From the IMG/VR virus record IMGVR_UViG_3300017774_003848, positions 1 to 40,645 of that record: DNA of 40,645 nucleotides, one strand, 5' to 3'. A program made the position numbers and the translations under genes. Each line of letters opens with the position of its first letter. The stretch's first letter is position 1. The notes under the pieces are model-generated. The model did no database searches. It worked only from the letters and a program-made list of their open reading frames with translations, and was not told the origin of the DNA. Below are positions 10,246 to 20,538 of this stretch, piece by piece. This DNA is from a virus (lineage: Duplodnaviria > Caudoviricetes).

Positions 10246-13200
10246 ATGTTGTTGATAGACCAATAGAATTCTTAGGATGTTACGCTATAGATATTAGTAT
10301 TAGCGCTGGATTTAAATCTAATAATTCAACATGTTCTGTTGTTTTAATTGAAGATGAACATCCATATGCAAATGACACAACAGATCCAAATTATGCTGAG
10401 TATGGCAATCCTACCTCATCGCTATATAAAACCCCAAAGAAATTTATATATGAACACGCTAATGCTGATGGTATTGCACCCCCAGTAACTAGTATAGATT
10501 ATGATCCGTTTTTTATAAAAGATTATAAATTGCCTGAGCTTGGAACTGCTTGCGTTTTAAAAATTCACGATGGAGATCGTATAAAAGGAAAAACTGAAGA
10601 AGAGATCAAAAAAATTAAACCATCGTTTTATTTTGCTGGAATAATACAAAAATATACATACGAGGAAAGTGTTGGTAATGGTAGAAGGTACAACGTAGAA
10701 CTTGAATCTGTGTCTTCTTTATTGGAAGGCGTATGGATTATATTAAATGGATTTAATGGATCTATATATACAGATGACTCTTTGCCTCACGTCACGATGA
10801 GTACAAATCCAAAAGAAACGCCAATATTTAAAGAAGACGATGAATTTGCAGTGCCTAGCATGAAGCCAATTATGGCTTATAATACGATTGGTGAATTAGA
10901 TTATATATCAAATGGGGAAAAATTATATGGAAATAAAAAATTAACTCCATCTAATATTATTAATCTATACGCCTATAAAGAGAATCATTATAATGGCGGC
11001 AAAATGATTGACCCTTTTAATGCATATGTAGAGGGGGAGCCTGTTACAATTTCTAAAACTGAAGGTGGAAAATATGGGAATGCATTCATAAATAGCTTAG
11101 GATATCCAGTTAAAGATTTTGTTAAAGATTTTCATGATTGTTGTAATTTAAGTTTATTTGGTGGTCCAGTCAGATTTGCTGGAACTTCTTATAGATTAGA
11201 TTTAACAGAATTGAATGACGCTATTGCATTTTTAGGTGATTATAGAATACAGTCTGACGTAGCAATTGATATGATATCTTTAATTAATGAAATTACTGAA
11301 GCTGCTATGTTTGATTATGTATTTTTAGTTGAAGAGGATCTAGATCCATACGGCACAGGCAAAGGTGTGCCATACGAAGAGTTGCCAGATGATTTTAGAG
11401 CTGATAAATATGGTGTACTTACAAGAGCTAGACTAAGATTAAAATTAATTTCTAGACGAAGACCTCCTGATAAAAATGCTATTAAAAAAATTGTAGGCGA
11501 TTTGATGACCAAGCCCGATCCTCAAAAAACTGTAATTTCTTATAGACTTGGAAAAGAATTAAGCTCTAATATGATTACTCAAAAAGTAATATTAGGAGAT
11601 AAAGTTTCACGACATTGGTTTGCTGATCAGGCGGGTATTTTACCTGTTTGGGGCCAAAAAGGTCAAGGTCAAACAGCCACTTATTTTTATGGAAAATCCG
11701 TCTGGGACTATTGGAATCCGCTAGCTCCCGTGACTATAACAGTAAATGCTGCTGAACTTGGATCTCTAACAACCGCATCTGTATTTCAGCCTGAAGACTT
11801 TATACAAATTACAACAAATATATTAGAGCTAAGGTGCGCGTTATCTAGTAGAGAGAGCTGGAATTTATACCATAAATTATTTGCTATATTAGATCAAAAC
11901 ACCCAAAGAAAAAATGGATATTTTAGTCCTATAACTTCAATATCTAGTTTTAGTAATTTTACAAAACAAGATATATCAGATATTTTTAATGGAAAAAAAA
12001 CAACCCACGATTTAATAGACACATCCGTAGACTCTGCTGAAATTGCAGCTTCTTATATGTATGGAACAAAGGATGCTCAGCTTGATTCTATCCAAAGAAT
12101 TGTAAATCAAAGATTTAATTCTATTAGATATGCTGCTGATAAATATTATGGTAAGCAGTTTTTAGTTTCTGTTCCGGCAGAACCTACTGAGACGGGCTAT
12201 GGTGACGATGATCAGCTAGGGTATAATTTCCAATGGATTGACTATGACAAAGAACAAAAGTCGGTTTGGGAAATATCTCCAGATAAAGCAGCTTGGGCTG
12301 GTGAAACGATAACTAAATATATTAATGACATATCATTCTACAGAAATGGCATGGGCAGATTGCAAGCTGTAGCTGTATATCCTACATATGACGCTCAAAA
12401 TCCTAAAGATTCATTTAATATGTATGGCTATAGATTACCTACAGTAACCGTGGATTACAGTAATTTAGGCACACAATACGCAATAACAAAAATCTTGCAA
12501 TTTGATCCTCTCACCCAGAAGAACAAAGAAAGAACTGTGATTGTTGCTCCTATTGATATTGATGAAGAATGGGGTACGAGATTTGTTGATGTTTCAAAAT
12601 TAACATATTTTGAGCCAACTACAAATAGTCTTGAGCTATTGCCCGGACCTATAACTAAACCAATTGTTGGAGGAGTTACTGATAGTGCAGGAAATTCAAT
12701 AGCTGCTAATTACGTAAAAGGATTTATTAAAGTAGATATTCCACCCGTGTATATATATGATAAATATACAACTTTTACAAATGCTTTTGGCGTATTGACT
12801 CAGCTTATATGTGGAGACTATCTAAGTAATCAAACTGGACGCAATGGCAATAGTTTATCTATTCCTAAAGACATAAAAGTTACATATGCCAATATGTTTG
12901 GGTCTGAAAATATAGAATGTGGAATACATCCGGCTTTGTGTCCACCATTATATTTATCTGCACCTCAGCAAAGTACAACGTATGTATGGGGGCCGTGGTG
13001 GTCGTTCTCTGACTTTGATGGTCCCAAAGGTCCAGATGGAAAACTTACGAGCGCTCCAGAAAATAAAAAGTTTACAGAAGAAGACACGGGAAGAAAAGGC
13101 AAAGCTCAGATTATATCTAATACAACAATAAAGCCCGAAAGTTTCGGTTCTATTTATGCAATGAATAAATCTGCTCAAGAATTATGCGATGCTGAACTTG

Positions 13201-13877
13201 AAAAATTACACGTTCTTGAAACTGGTACTGTAGAATTAGCAGATATACCAAGATGGAATATTACAGATAAGATATTTGATATTGGTCCTTATATAAATGA
13301 TATGAGTATTACGCTATCGACTGATGGTGGTTTAATTACTAGATATAATTTTACAAATTGGACACAAAGAGCGGGCAAACTTGCTTTATATAACTATAAT
13401 AAGATGATAGCATCGAGAGCTAATAATTTTAAATTTTTATCCTATCTAAGGTCTAAAATGTTTAAAGCTGGTTTACCACCAGTTAACATTCGGGCTGCTA
13501 CTGAAATGGAAAAAAAAGAACAAACTCATAATGCTACAAATGGTATATTTGGAAATATGATGAATGTACTTGCTAACGCAGTGAATAATACACAGGAAGA
13601 TATTGGAATAAATATACATTCAGCATCTACTAAAGAAGCTATGAAAGCTTATGGATTTAATGGATTAGAAAGCTTTGGGTCAACTTTTGAACAAATATAC
13701 AGCCCTGCTTATATTTACGATCAAAGATATTCATCGCAACAGCTAACTTTATACAACGCAAAAGTTCAAAAAGGTCTTGGATCAGGATTTGAATCGCCGA
13801 ATGATACTGGGTGGGCCGATGACGACACAAGAGTCAAAGACGAAGAACGGCAGCTTCCACCGGATTTACAAAGATAA
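10242..13877 (+). CDS. Large tail protein (~1211 aa), possible baseplate hub/central tail component
   Basis: The ATGA overlap with the upstream stop gives a start at 10242. The N-terminal pattern FAGIIQKYTYEES...RYNVELES, size and position fit a hub-type protein. No decisive motif. Confidence 0.5.
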   Translation: MNVVDRPIEFLGCYAIDISISAGFKSNNSTCSVVLIEDEHPYANDTTDPNYAEYGNPTSSLYKTPKKFIYEHANADGIAPPVTSIDYDPFFIKDYKLPELGTACVLKIHDGDRIKGKTEEEIKKIKPSFYFAGIIQKYTYEESVGNGRRYNVELESVSSLLEGVWIILNGFNGSIYTDDSLPHVTMSTNPKETPIFKEDDEFAVPSMKPIMAYNTIGELDYISNGEKLYGNKKLTPSNIINLYAYKENHYNGGKMIDPFNAYVEGEPVTISKTEGGKYGNAFINSLGYPVKDFVKDFHDCCNLSLFGGPVRFAGTSYRLDLTELNDAIAFLGDYRIQSDVAIDMISLINEITEAAMFDYVFLVEEDLDPYGTGKGVPYEELPDDFRADKYGVLTRARLRLKLISRRRPPDKNAIKKIVGDLMTKPDPQKTVISYRLGKELSSNMITQKVILGDKVSRHWFADQAGILPVWGQKGQGQTATYFYGKSVWDYWNPLAPVTITVNAAELGSLTTASVFQPEDFIQITTNILELRCALSSRESWNLYHKLFAILDQNTQRKNGYFSPITSISSFSNFTKQDISDIFNGKKTTHDLIDTSVDSAEIAASYMYGTKDAQLDSIQRIVNQRFNSIRYAADKYYGKQFLVSVPAEPTETGYGDDDQLGYNFQWIDYDKEQKSVWEISPDKAAWAGETITKYINDISFYRNGMGRLQAVAVYPTYDAQNPKDSFNMYGYRLPTVTVDYSNLGTQYAITKILQFDPLTQKNKERTVIVAPIDIDEEWGTRFVDVSKLTYFEPTTNSLELLPGPITKPIVGGVTDSAGNSIAANYVKGFIKVDIPPVYIYDKYTTFTNAFGVLTQLICGDYLSNQTGRNGNSLSIPKDIKVTYANMFGSENIECGIHPALCPPLYLSAPQQSTTYVWGPWWSFSDFDGPKGPDGKLTSAPENKKFTEEDTGRKGKAQIISNTTIKPESFGSIYAMNKSAQELCDAELEKLHVLETGTVELADIPRWNITDKIFDIGPYINDMSITLSTDGGLITRYNFTNWTQRAGKLALYNYNKMIASRANNFKFLSYLRSKMFKAGLPPVNIRAATEMEKKEQTHNATNGIFGNMMNVLANAVNNTQEDIGINIHSASTKEAMKAYGFNGLESFGSTFEQIYSPAYIYDQRYSSQQLTLYNAKVQKGLGSGFESPNDTGWADDDTRVKDEERQLPPDLQR

Positions 13878-13891
13878 AAGGATAAAACGAT

Positions 13892-15394
13892 ATGGTTGAT
13901 TTTAGACTAGGTTTTAGAGAAAAACTATTAAAAGGAATTGGTGTTCCTACCGATGCTGCTATACCACAGATTGATCCAACTAAAGTTTTTCCAAGTGTAG
14001 AAACTTCAACGGGTCCATTGATTCATAAAAGCAGAGGCAACTTTTTTCAATTCAATGTTTCGCCAACATCATTTGACTTAGATCCTTATTTCTTTTTTGA
14101 AACTAATGATTATGGTTTAACTATTAGGGGCGGTAATACAACAGATTTAAACCACAAGAAAGACCCATTGCCTAGCGGAAATAGTCGCAGCGTTCAAGCT
14201 ATGGTCTATAAAGGTCCGCTATACCTATCTGGTTGGGGCTATGACATTTGTGGGCTTCCAACGCCCGAAGATAAGTTCCCCGGAAGAGGCAGATCTTTTG
14301 ACATGAGAGCCGCCAACAATAGATCCTTGTGGAAAACTGGCCCAGTGGATTTAAGGTGGGACGACGACCGCAAGGTCTGGGTTGGTGGCCCCGAAGTAAT
14401 TGAAGGTAAAATGCTCACAGCACTACCAGCGGGAGATATTACATCGCCTGCAACTGGTTCTGGAATTGTTTACAGGGGCCGTAATTTAATATGGAATAAA
14501 TTTAATATTCTTCCAAATACAGGCGGCTTAATTAAGCCTGATCCGTTTGGTGGGCCATCACCATATATCCAGACTAATGTCCAAGAAGCTGTGTTGATTA
14601 CCAATAGAAATAATCAAGTGGCATTAAGTGTTGGGGACCATTTTATTGCAGTTAAGGTAAACTATGAGTGGAGAATTATGGGAGCTGGCGGGGGTGGTGG
14701 AGCTATTGTAGGTAAATTTAAAAAGATCAATTGCAATGCTCCTAACATTACTAAAACTACGGTTCCTCCATTTGAGTTACAGTCTTTTGACTATGGTACG
14801 GGCGAAGATGTTATTACTCGCTTTCAAATAAAATTTTATGACGTTGGAAGCAAAAAAGTTTATTATTTTCAAACTGCTCAGCAATTCTTGCCGGATTTAA
14901 TTCCGTCTGAAGCTGCTGGAGGCAGACTTGTGCAATCAGACGGCATATTAGACATTACTAATTATGAAATTACAGATGTCGCTAATCCAGATGGTTCTAT
15001 TACTCCTACTGAGATAACTTTGCCATATTCTGGATATTTTACTGTTGTTGCCTATAATAACTGCGAAATGAGTAGCAATGTTTATACATATAAATTAGCT
15101 TCGCCAGATAAGTATATTCTTGGCATAGCCCCGGCTGTGGCTATACACAACAAACCATTAAGTAAATTATTTGATTGTCCAAACAGCAACGATAATTTCG
15201 GTGTGGTGACAGATGACCAGAGTGGTGCAGAATATTATGCTATGCATCCATTTAAATATATAAAGCATGATGTTAGAGTTATAGCTATGAAATCTAACAT
15301 GACAGTTGTATGTAATGGAGAAATGCAATCAGCGTATGCAATTGTAGAAGTAGACGAATGTGCTAACGCAGGAACTGGACTAGCTAGGGAATAA
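13892..15394 (+). CDS. Tail-associated protein (500 aa)
   Basis: RBS AAGGA lies upstream. Trp-rich N-terminal domain (GPLYLSGWGYD...WKTGPVDLRWDDDRKVW), a GAGGGGG linker, then a second domain with several Cys. Confidence 0.5.
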   Translation: MVDFRLGFREKLLKGIGVPTDAAIPQIDPTKVFPSVETSTGPLIHKSRGNFFQFNVSPTSFDLDPYFFFETNDYGLTIRGGNTTDLNHKKDPLPSGNSRSVQAMVYKGPLYLSGWGYDICGLPTPEDKFPGRGRSFDMRAANNRSLWKTGPVDLRWDDDRKVWVGGPEVIEGKMLTALPAGDITSPATGSGIVYRGRNLIWNKFNILPNTGGLIKPDPFGGPSPYIQTNVQEAVLITNRNNQVALSVGDHFIAVKVNYEWRIMGAGGGGGAIVGKFKKINCNAPNITKTTVPPFELQSFDYGTGEDVITRFQIKFYDVGSKKVYYFQTAQQFLPDLIPSEAAGGRLVQSDGILDITNYEITDVANPDGSITPTEITLPYSGYFTVVAYNNCEMSSNVYTYKLASPDKYILGIAPAVAIHNKPLSKLFDCPNSNDNFGVVTDDQSGAEYYAMHPFKYIKHDVRVIAMKSNMTVVCNGEMQSAYAIVEVDECANAGTGLARE

Positions 15395-15398
15395 TAAA

Positions 15399-18300
15399 AT
15401 GGCATTTACAAAAGTTGGAAGCAGAAATGATCCGGGCAACGAGGCGCTGGTTCATATTAGAAGATTAAGCCCATTAACAGCACCCCCCGGAAATTGGGTA
15501 TCGTGGGATTATTATGTTATGGCATCATTGCCAACAAATGACAATCCTAGATATTCTACTTACAATACTAGTGATAATCAGGATATACTAACAACTAGAT
15601 ATTATAGATATCAAATTGGACCATCGGATATTCGTATTCAAGTGGGACAATATCCTGCTGTATACGACACAAAACTTAGATATGTAATAAAAGTGCCATC
15701 GCCTACATTCCCAGCAGATCCTGAAAGTTCGGGGTATCCAGTCAATAGGACTATTACAACAACACTTGATTCGCCAGAGTTTGGTCCATCGTATTTTACT
15801 GACAGCATTAGCATGGGGTTGGGGCAATATAATCCCGATAGCGCAGCATATACGGATTATTACACTCCTATTATAACCGAAGAAGATACCGTTCATATTC
15901 AAGTAGAAGACTTTAATAAAGATAATGATCGCGTCAATATTAATACATTAGATTTTAATGCTTATGCTAATTTTTGGCTAACTAACGATCAGGGTCCAAC
16001 ACAACCGCAGTCTGCTAAGATGTCGGGAAAATTATTAAATTTGCCATATGCCCCTACTATGGCAGCACAAGTTAAATTGATGGCCACGGGAGTTGATAAC
16101 GATAATGGTGAAGAACGACATATTGCATTCCATCATAAATTTGTTGCAGATACTGGAAAAGTAGTTTGGGATTTTATTCCATATAGGGCGTATCAGACTG
16201 GAGAATTTGGTGGCACTGGGTATATCAACTGGACTGGCGTTCCAGAAGTATCGTTTGCATTTAATAATGTAAATGCTGGACAAGAAATAAATCAAAAAAT
16301 ATTTGAAAATGAGCTACCTATAATACATTATTATTCTCCACCTTCTGGTGGGCCAAATGTTCCTAGCGAATCCCCACAGTCTGGTGTAATTACTTTATCT
16401 GACAGGAGAGGTAAAGTCCAAAAAACGCCATATACAATGGTTTATCCTTATACATATAGGTATGTCACATTTGATGGCTTAGAAGTTCATGAGTTTGAAA
16501 GCAGTCGCGTAGATAAAGATGACGCTGCTAACATGAGAGATGAAGCTATTCCTATGCACATAGCTAGAAAAGTTAAAAATGAGCTGCGTACTTATGTCCC
16601 GCTTGGCAGTGGAGTTGTTCAGCATCCAAATGGCGTAGGTATGCCATTTAATAGTGGGCCAGAAAAAAGAAGAAATGTTGGGCCTCAAAACAGAGGATTG
16701 CCATTGCATGAACTAAATTCTTTTAGAGATCAGTCAATTGTAGCAAGATTGCACCTTCAGGGTGTTGGCTGTAAAGCTGCTCACTTAGCATATAGAGTAG
16801 GCACTGCTGGAAAAGCTTCAGAGGAACGCTTTAACTATGCCTCATCTTTTGGATCGTTAAGCAATAAAGATGAAGTTATCACAGCTAATAATCCGGCAGT
16901 TTTACTATTTAATAACTCTTCTAATTTTTATAGTCGATTGCCAGAATGCTGGCCTTGGTCCTGTCGTAGATGGACAGTTGAAAGCACTATAAGCTATAAA
17001 AAACAGCCTGATGGAACTCAAACACCCTTTTTACAGACGGCATATTACACCCAAGATCAGACGGGAAAAAAGAAAGAAACATCTTATAGTAATATTCCTA
17101 ATGTAACTATAGAATTTAACACTTGGACTGGCGATGATAGCATAGAAGATATTCCTATATTAAATGGTGATCCCTTTCCAGTGTTAGATTCATCCAATGA
17201 CAATAAATACGCTAGCGGCAGTATAATTTCATTTACATCTGATAAAACAAAATATTTTAATGGATATTATAGTAAAACCGTACAAGTTCAATCTGCTGGT
17301 GGATTAGGTGATGCTGACCTAAGAACTTTTGGTTGTGATCCAGAGAGAACTGACAGGGTTGCAATTGCCGTAGAAATTTTTCCATTATTGCATGATGCTC
17401 AATGTAAGCTAATTATGAAAATGGGTTATTTATGTTATCCATCGGGATGCTCTTATCCTGATATGGGGGTCGGCAACAAGAAAATTATTTATCCATTTAA
17501 CGCTTGCAAGTTTAATGAAACTATGAGACTTGATCCCGGAAAAATTAATTATAAGCAAGAAATTCCTGTTACAATTGAAGCTGATGGTTTAGTATTTGAT
17601 GAAGCTGAAGGTTATGAAATTTCGTACTTAAAACTTAATCCACAGGATAGACCTCCTCCAGATACAAAAATTGTTTACCCACAGGTTGATATACTTGGAT
17701 CAGGATATGTTAAATTTTCACAAGCCGAAGATGTCATACTTTCATATGTAATAACACCAAATGTAAATGGCATTGCTCTTATAGATCCATACGCTTATTC
17801 AGATAGTGTAACAAAAACGCTTGATGAAGATATAACTGTGAAGATACCAGAAGGTTATTATATGACCACGGTGGCAAGAAAAGAGTGCTATCTCACATCA
17901 GATAAAATAATTTTTCAGTCAATTTACGACAAAGAAGCTGATGATTATAGCGTCAGAATTGTTGCAAACATCGAGTACAACAAAGAGTTTGACTGTCCTG
18001 TAGATCCTCTTTATCATATTAAAAAATATGATCCTTATTATCATCCAAGTGGGGTTACGGTTTCGTTAAACCAAGAGCAAACTGTAAATTTATACGGATT
18101 TACCGGATATGTTTCAGTAGTAGCTAGAAAGAAATGTTATTATACTAGTGATTTATATATATACCAAAGAAAAGATAATGATACTTTTGAAGTTACTTCC
18201 TCGTCTTTAAATCAATTATATAAATGCGTTGATAAAAATGGCGATCCTATAGATTATTTAGGTAGGTTTAGCATTCATGGAAATGGTACTGATTTTACTG

Positions 18301-18866
18301 AAGCCGAAGATAAGGTTGTTACAGGTGGCGATTATTATTTAGACAATAAAGGTAAACAAATTTTATTTAATCCTTGTGATCAACCTAAAACATCTGAATT
18401 CTATAAAACTACATCTCTTGGAAATGCAGGAGGCTTTATAGGTTTCCAATCTCAGTGCTGTGATTTCTGCCCAGAAGAAACGGATGGAGCTTTGGTCTCT
18501 CCTGCAAAAGCCCCAAGTTATAATTGTGCCATATTAGATATTGAAGGCACTCCTGAAAGTATGAATCACTATGCCACCGTTGGTGGATGCGACAGTCAAA
18601 TGAATAAAAAATGCGTAAACACATTAATAAAAGGAAAAGCCAAATTAAGATCTAGGGCTAAAATGTTTGGAGAACAAGATCCACCTCCAAGCTTCTTGCA
18701 TTCAAGTGGATACATGTATGGCGTAGGAGTGATAGGATTTTTTGGAAGTGCGTTCTTACCCGTGTCAAGCGTTATGGAAAGTGGTAATCCACAAATGTTT
18801 ACATATGGACCCACTACAATACTTAATGCTTCGGTTAATTTCTTTGAGGAGGGAAATAGTGTCTGA
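15399..18866 (+). CDS. Large putative tail fibre/receptor-binding protein (1155 aa) with a Cys-rich C-terminal part
   Basis: Long ORF in the tail operon with about 19 Cys, all in the distal ~60%, and an internal ~82-aa duplication. Confidence 0.45.
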   Translation: MAFTKVGSRNDPGNEALVHIRRLSPLTAPPGNWVSWDYYVMASLPTNDNPRYSTYNTSDNQDILTTRYYRYQIGPSDIRIQVGQYPAVYDTKLRYVIKVPSPTFPADPESSGYPVNRTITTTLDSPEFGPSYFTDSISMGLGQYNPDSAAYTDYYTPIITEEDTVHIQVEDFNKDNDRVNINTLDFNAYANFWLTNDQGPTQPQSAKMSGKLLNLPYAPTMAAQVKLMATGVDNDNGEERHIAFHHKFVADTGKVVWDFIPYRAYQTGEFGGTGYINWTGVPEVSFAFNNVNAGQEINQKIFENELPIIHYYSPPSGGPNVPSESPQSGVITLSDRRGKVQKTPYTMVYPYTYRYVTFDGLEVHEFESSRVDKDDAANMRDEAIPMHIARKVKNELRTYVPLGSGVVQHPNGVGMPFNSGPEKRRNVGPQNRGLPLHELNSFRDQSIVARLHLQGVGCKAAHLAYRVGTAGKASEERFNYASSFGSLSNKDEVITANNPAVLLFNNSSNFYSRLPECWPWSCRRWTVESTISYKKQPDGTQTPFLQTAYYTQDQTGKKKETSYSNIPNVTIEFNTWTGDDSIEDIPILNGDPFPVLDSSNDNKYASGSIISFTSDKTKYFNGYYSKTVQVQSAGGLGDADLRTFGCDPERTDRVAIAVEIFPLLHDAQCKLIMKMGYLCYPSGCSYPDMGVGNKKIIYPFNACKFNETMRLDPGKINYKQEIPVTIEADGLVFDEAEGYEISYLKLNPQDRPPPDTKIVYPQVDILGSGYVKFSQAEDVILSYVITPNVNGIALIDPYAYSDSVTKTLDEDITVKIPEGYYMTTVARKECYLTSDKIIFQSIYDKEADDYSVRIVANIEYNKEFDCPVDPLYHIKKYDPYYHPSGVTVSLNQEQTVNLYGFTGYVSVVARKKCYYTSDLYIYQRKDNDTFEVTSSSLNQLYKCVDKNGDPIDYLGRFSIHGNGTDFTEAEDKVVTGGDYYLDNKGKQILFNPCDQPKTSEFYKTTSLGNAGGFIGFQSQCCDFCPEETDGALVSPAKAPSYNCAILDIEGTPESMNHYATVGGCDSQMNKKCVNTLIKGKAKLRSRAKMFGEQDPPPSFLHSSGYMYGVGVIGFFGSAFLPVSSVMESGNPQMFTYGPTTILNASVNFFEEGNSV
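17784..18170 (+). repeat. Tandem ~82-aa domain duplication within the 1155-aa protein
   Basis: DPYAYSDSVTKTLDEDITVKI...VARKECYLTSDKIIFQ versus DPYYHPSGVTVSLNQEQTVNL...VARKKCYYTSDLYIYQ, offset 246-249 nt. Confidence 0.7.
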
Positions 18867-20538
18867 GGAACTTAATAACGACTGTGATTATACCGATGTA
18901 ATTGTGCCTTTAGATTATACTTTATCGGCTTTTAAATATTCTAATAGAAAAAAATATCATAACTGGAAAATGATAGGAATGAATGTTTCTCATGGAACAG
19001 TTGGTGGTATTAAATTAGATGAAGATAACTACACTACCTACGTTGGCGGTATTGTTAGCGGATGTATGCCAATTGAAGAAATAAACCAAAACAACCAAAT
19101 AATTGGCCGTGGCGCATATTATTTTAGGGCTAAGGCCGATTCCTTCACGGATGCAGAATCCGCAGCATATGGAATTTTAGGGCATTGCAATACTCCCGGA
19201 GTTGAATATAGTAATCCATCTGACGTTAGACTTAGCGCAGATCCGGGTATTATTCTAGCTAGACCGGGAGCTTGGGAAATTGAAGGCACTGATGCTTTGG
19301 CCACATACTCTCTGGGGGAGCAAGGCAAGATAATTGGAGGAGAGCCTATTAACACTATGAAAAACACCCCGTGGTTTAGAGGTTGGGGCGTTTCTCAAGG
19401 CTGGGATAAGTGTTCTACTATGAATGGCATTGATTGGTGGATGGGGTACTGGGTTAAAAATAAGAAAACTGGATATATTTATAGTGGATTTGTACCAGAC
19501 GAAGACTGCTCATTAAGATGTGGCGATGATCCCAAGTGCAAAAGAATATGCAGAGAACAGAATGCTCAAAAAAGAGGAAGATTTTCACCTTGGGGATGGA
19601 AAGGTGACGATATATTAATCTATCGAAATTGCGAAGCTATGACTTATGATTTTGAAATTATTGGACACGGAGTAGATAGACAACCGGAAAGAGGTAATGA
19701 CTTTTGCTTAAATGCAACTAGTAAAGCGTTTACTTCTAATGACATATTGGGCGTCAATGGTTATGCACCATTAGATTATGGTGGAGGTGGTGGAGCGCAT
19801 ATGGGTTTAATGATTAAACTAACTAGTCTTCCTAGCTGTGGTCATTTTGATAAGCTTATACAAATAGATGATAAAAGACCGAGTAAAATTAAAGATCCCA
19901 ATTACTGTGTAAAAGATGGAGACGATCCATTTACTGGCACAAGATATCCATTAAACATATATACTGAATGTGACAAAGGATTTAGTGGTGTATTTATTAG
20001 AAATGTTAGATGTGAGAGGGCTGTACTTAGAATTGCTGCAATATGTAATTATGCCTTTCCGGTTGGAAAAGGTAATAGTTATCAAAGAGGATTTAGCGTT
20101 CGAAAAGCTTATGAGTATCATTATGATAGGTGGGATAGGGCTGACAATGGTAATTATAAACTTTTTGATGAAATTTATGATTTACCTGATGCGGGTTTAG
20201 AAGTCAGGGTTCTTGCCGCATCTAAAAACATTTGGGAACAAGGATACATGAGGCCAAATAATAGAGTCGGAGATCCACAAGAGGGTCCATATTTTTATAC
20301 TACCGTGGGTGATCCATCGGTTACATTTGGTACGAATCCAAACAATACAGCTAATGGCGATGTTATGAGAAGAAAATTTTTGACTGGCGGTGGAATAAAT
20401 GACACGCCTTACGGGAAAAAAGGATGTATGTGTCAAAATCCACAAGATGGAGATGAGGGTCATATACCTATAAGACCTTATAATGAATTTGTTTATTGTC
20501 CTAATAACTTTAGCTGCGAGAAAACATGTAATGGATAA
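18859..20538 (+). CDS. Cys/Gly-rich putative virion protein (~559 aa)
   Basis: GTG at 18859 is preceded by GAGGAGG (18846-18852) and overlaps the upstream stop by 8 nt. About 20 Cys. Confidence 0.55.
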   Translation: MSEELNNDCDYTDVIVPLDYTLSAFKYSNRKKYHNWKMIGMNVSHGTVGGIKLDEDNYTTYVGGIVSGCMPIEEINQNNQIIGRGAYYFRAKADSFTDAESAAYGILGHCNTPGVEYSNPSDVRLSADPGIILARPGAWEIEGTDALATYSLGEQGKIIGGEPINTMKNTPWFRGWGVSQGWDKCSTMNGIDWWMGYWVKNKKTGYIYSGFVPDEDCSLRCGDDPKCKRICREQNAQKRGRFSPWGWKGDDILIYRNCEAMTYDFEIIGHGVDRQPERGNDFCLNATSKAFTSNDILGVNGYAPLDYGGGGGAHMGLMIKLTSLPSCGHFDKLIQIDDKRPSKIKDPNYCVKDGDDPFTGTRYPLNIYTECDKGFSGVFIRNVRCERAVLRIAAICNYAFPVGKGNSYQRGFSVRKAYEYHYDRWDRADNGNYKLFDEIYDLPDAGLEVRVLAASKNIWEQGYMRPNNRVGDPQEGPYFYTTVGDPSVTFGTNPNNTANGDVMRRKFLTGGGINDTPYGKKGCMCQNPQDGDEGHIPIRPYNEFVYCPNNFSCEKTCNG

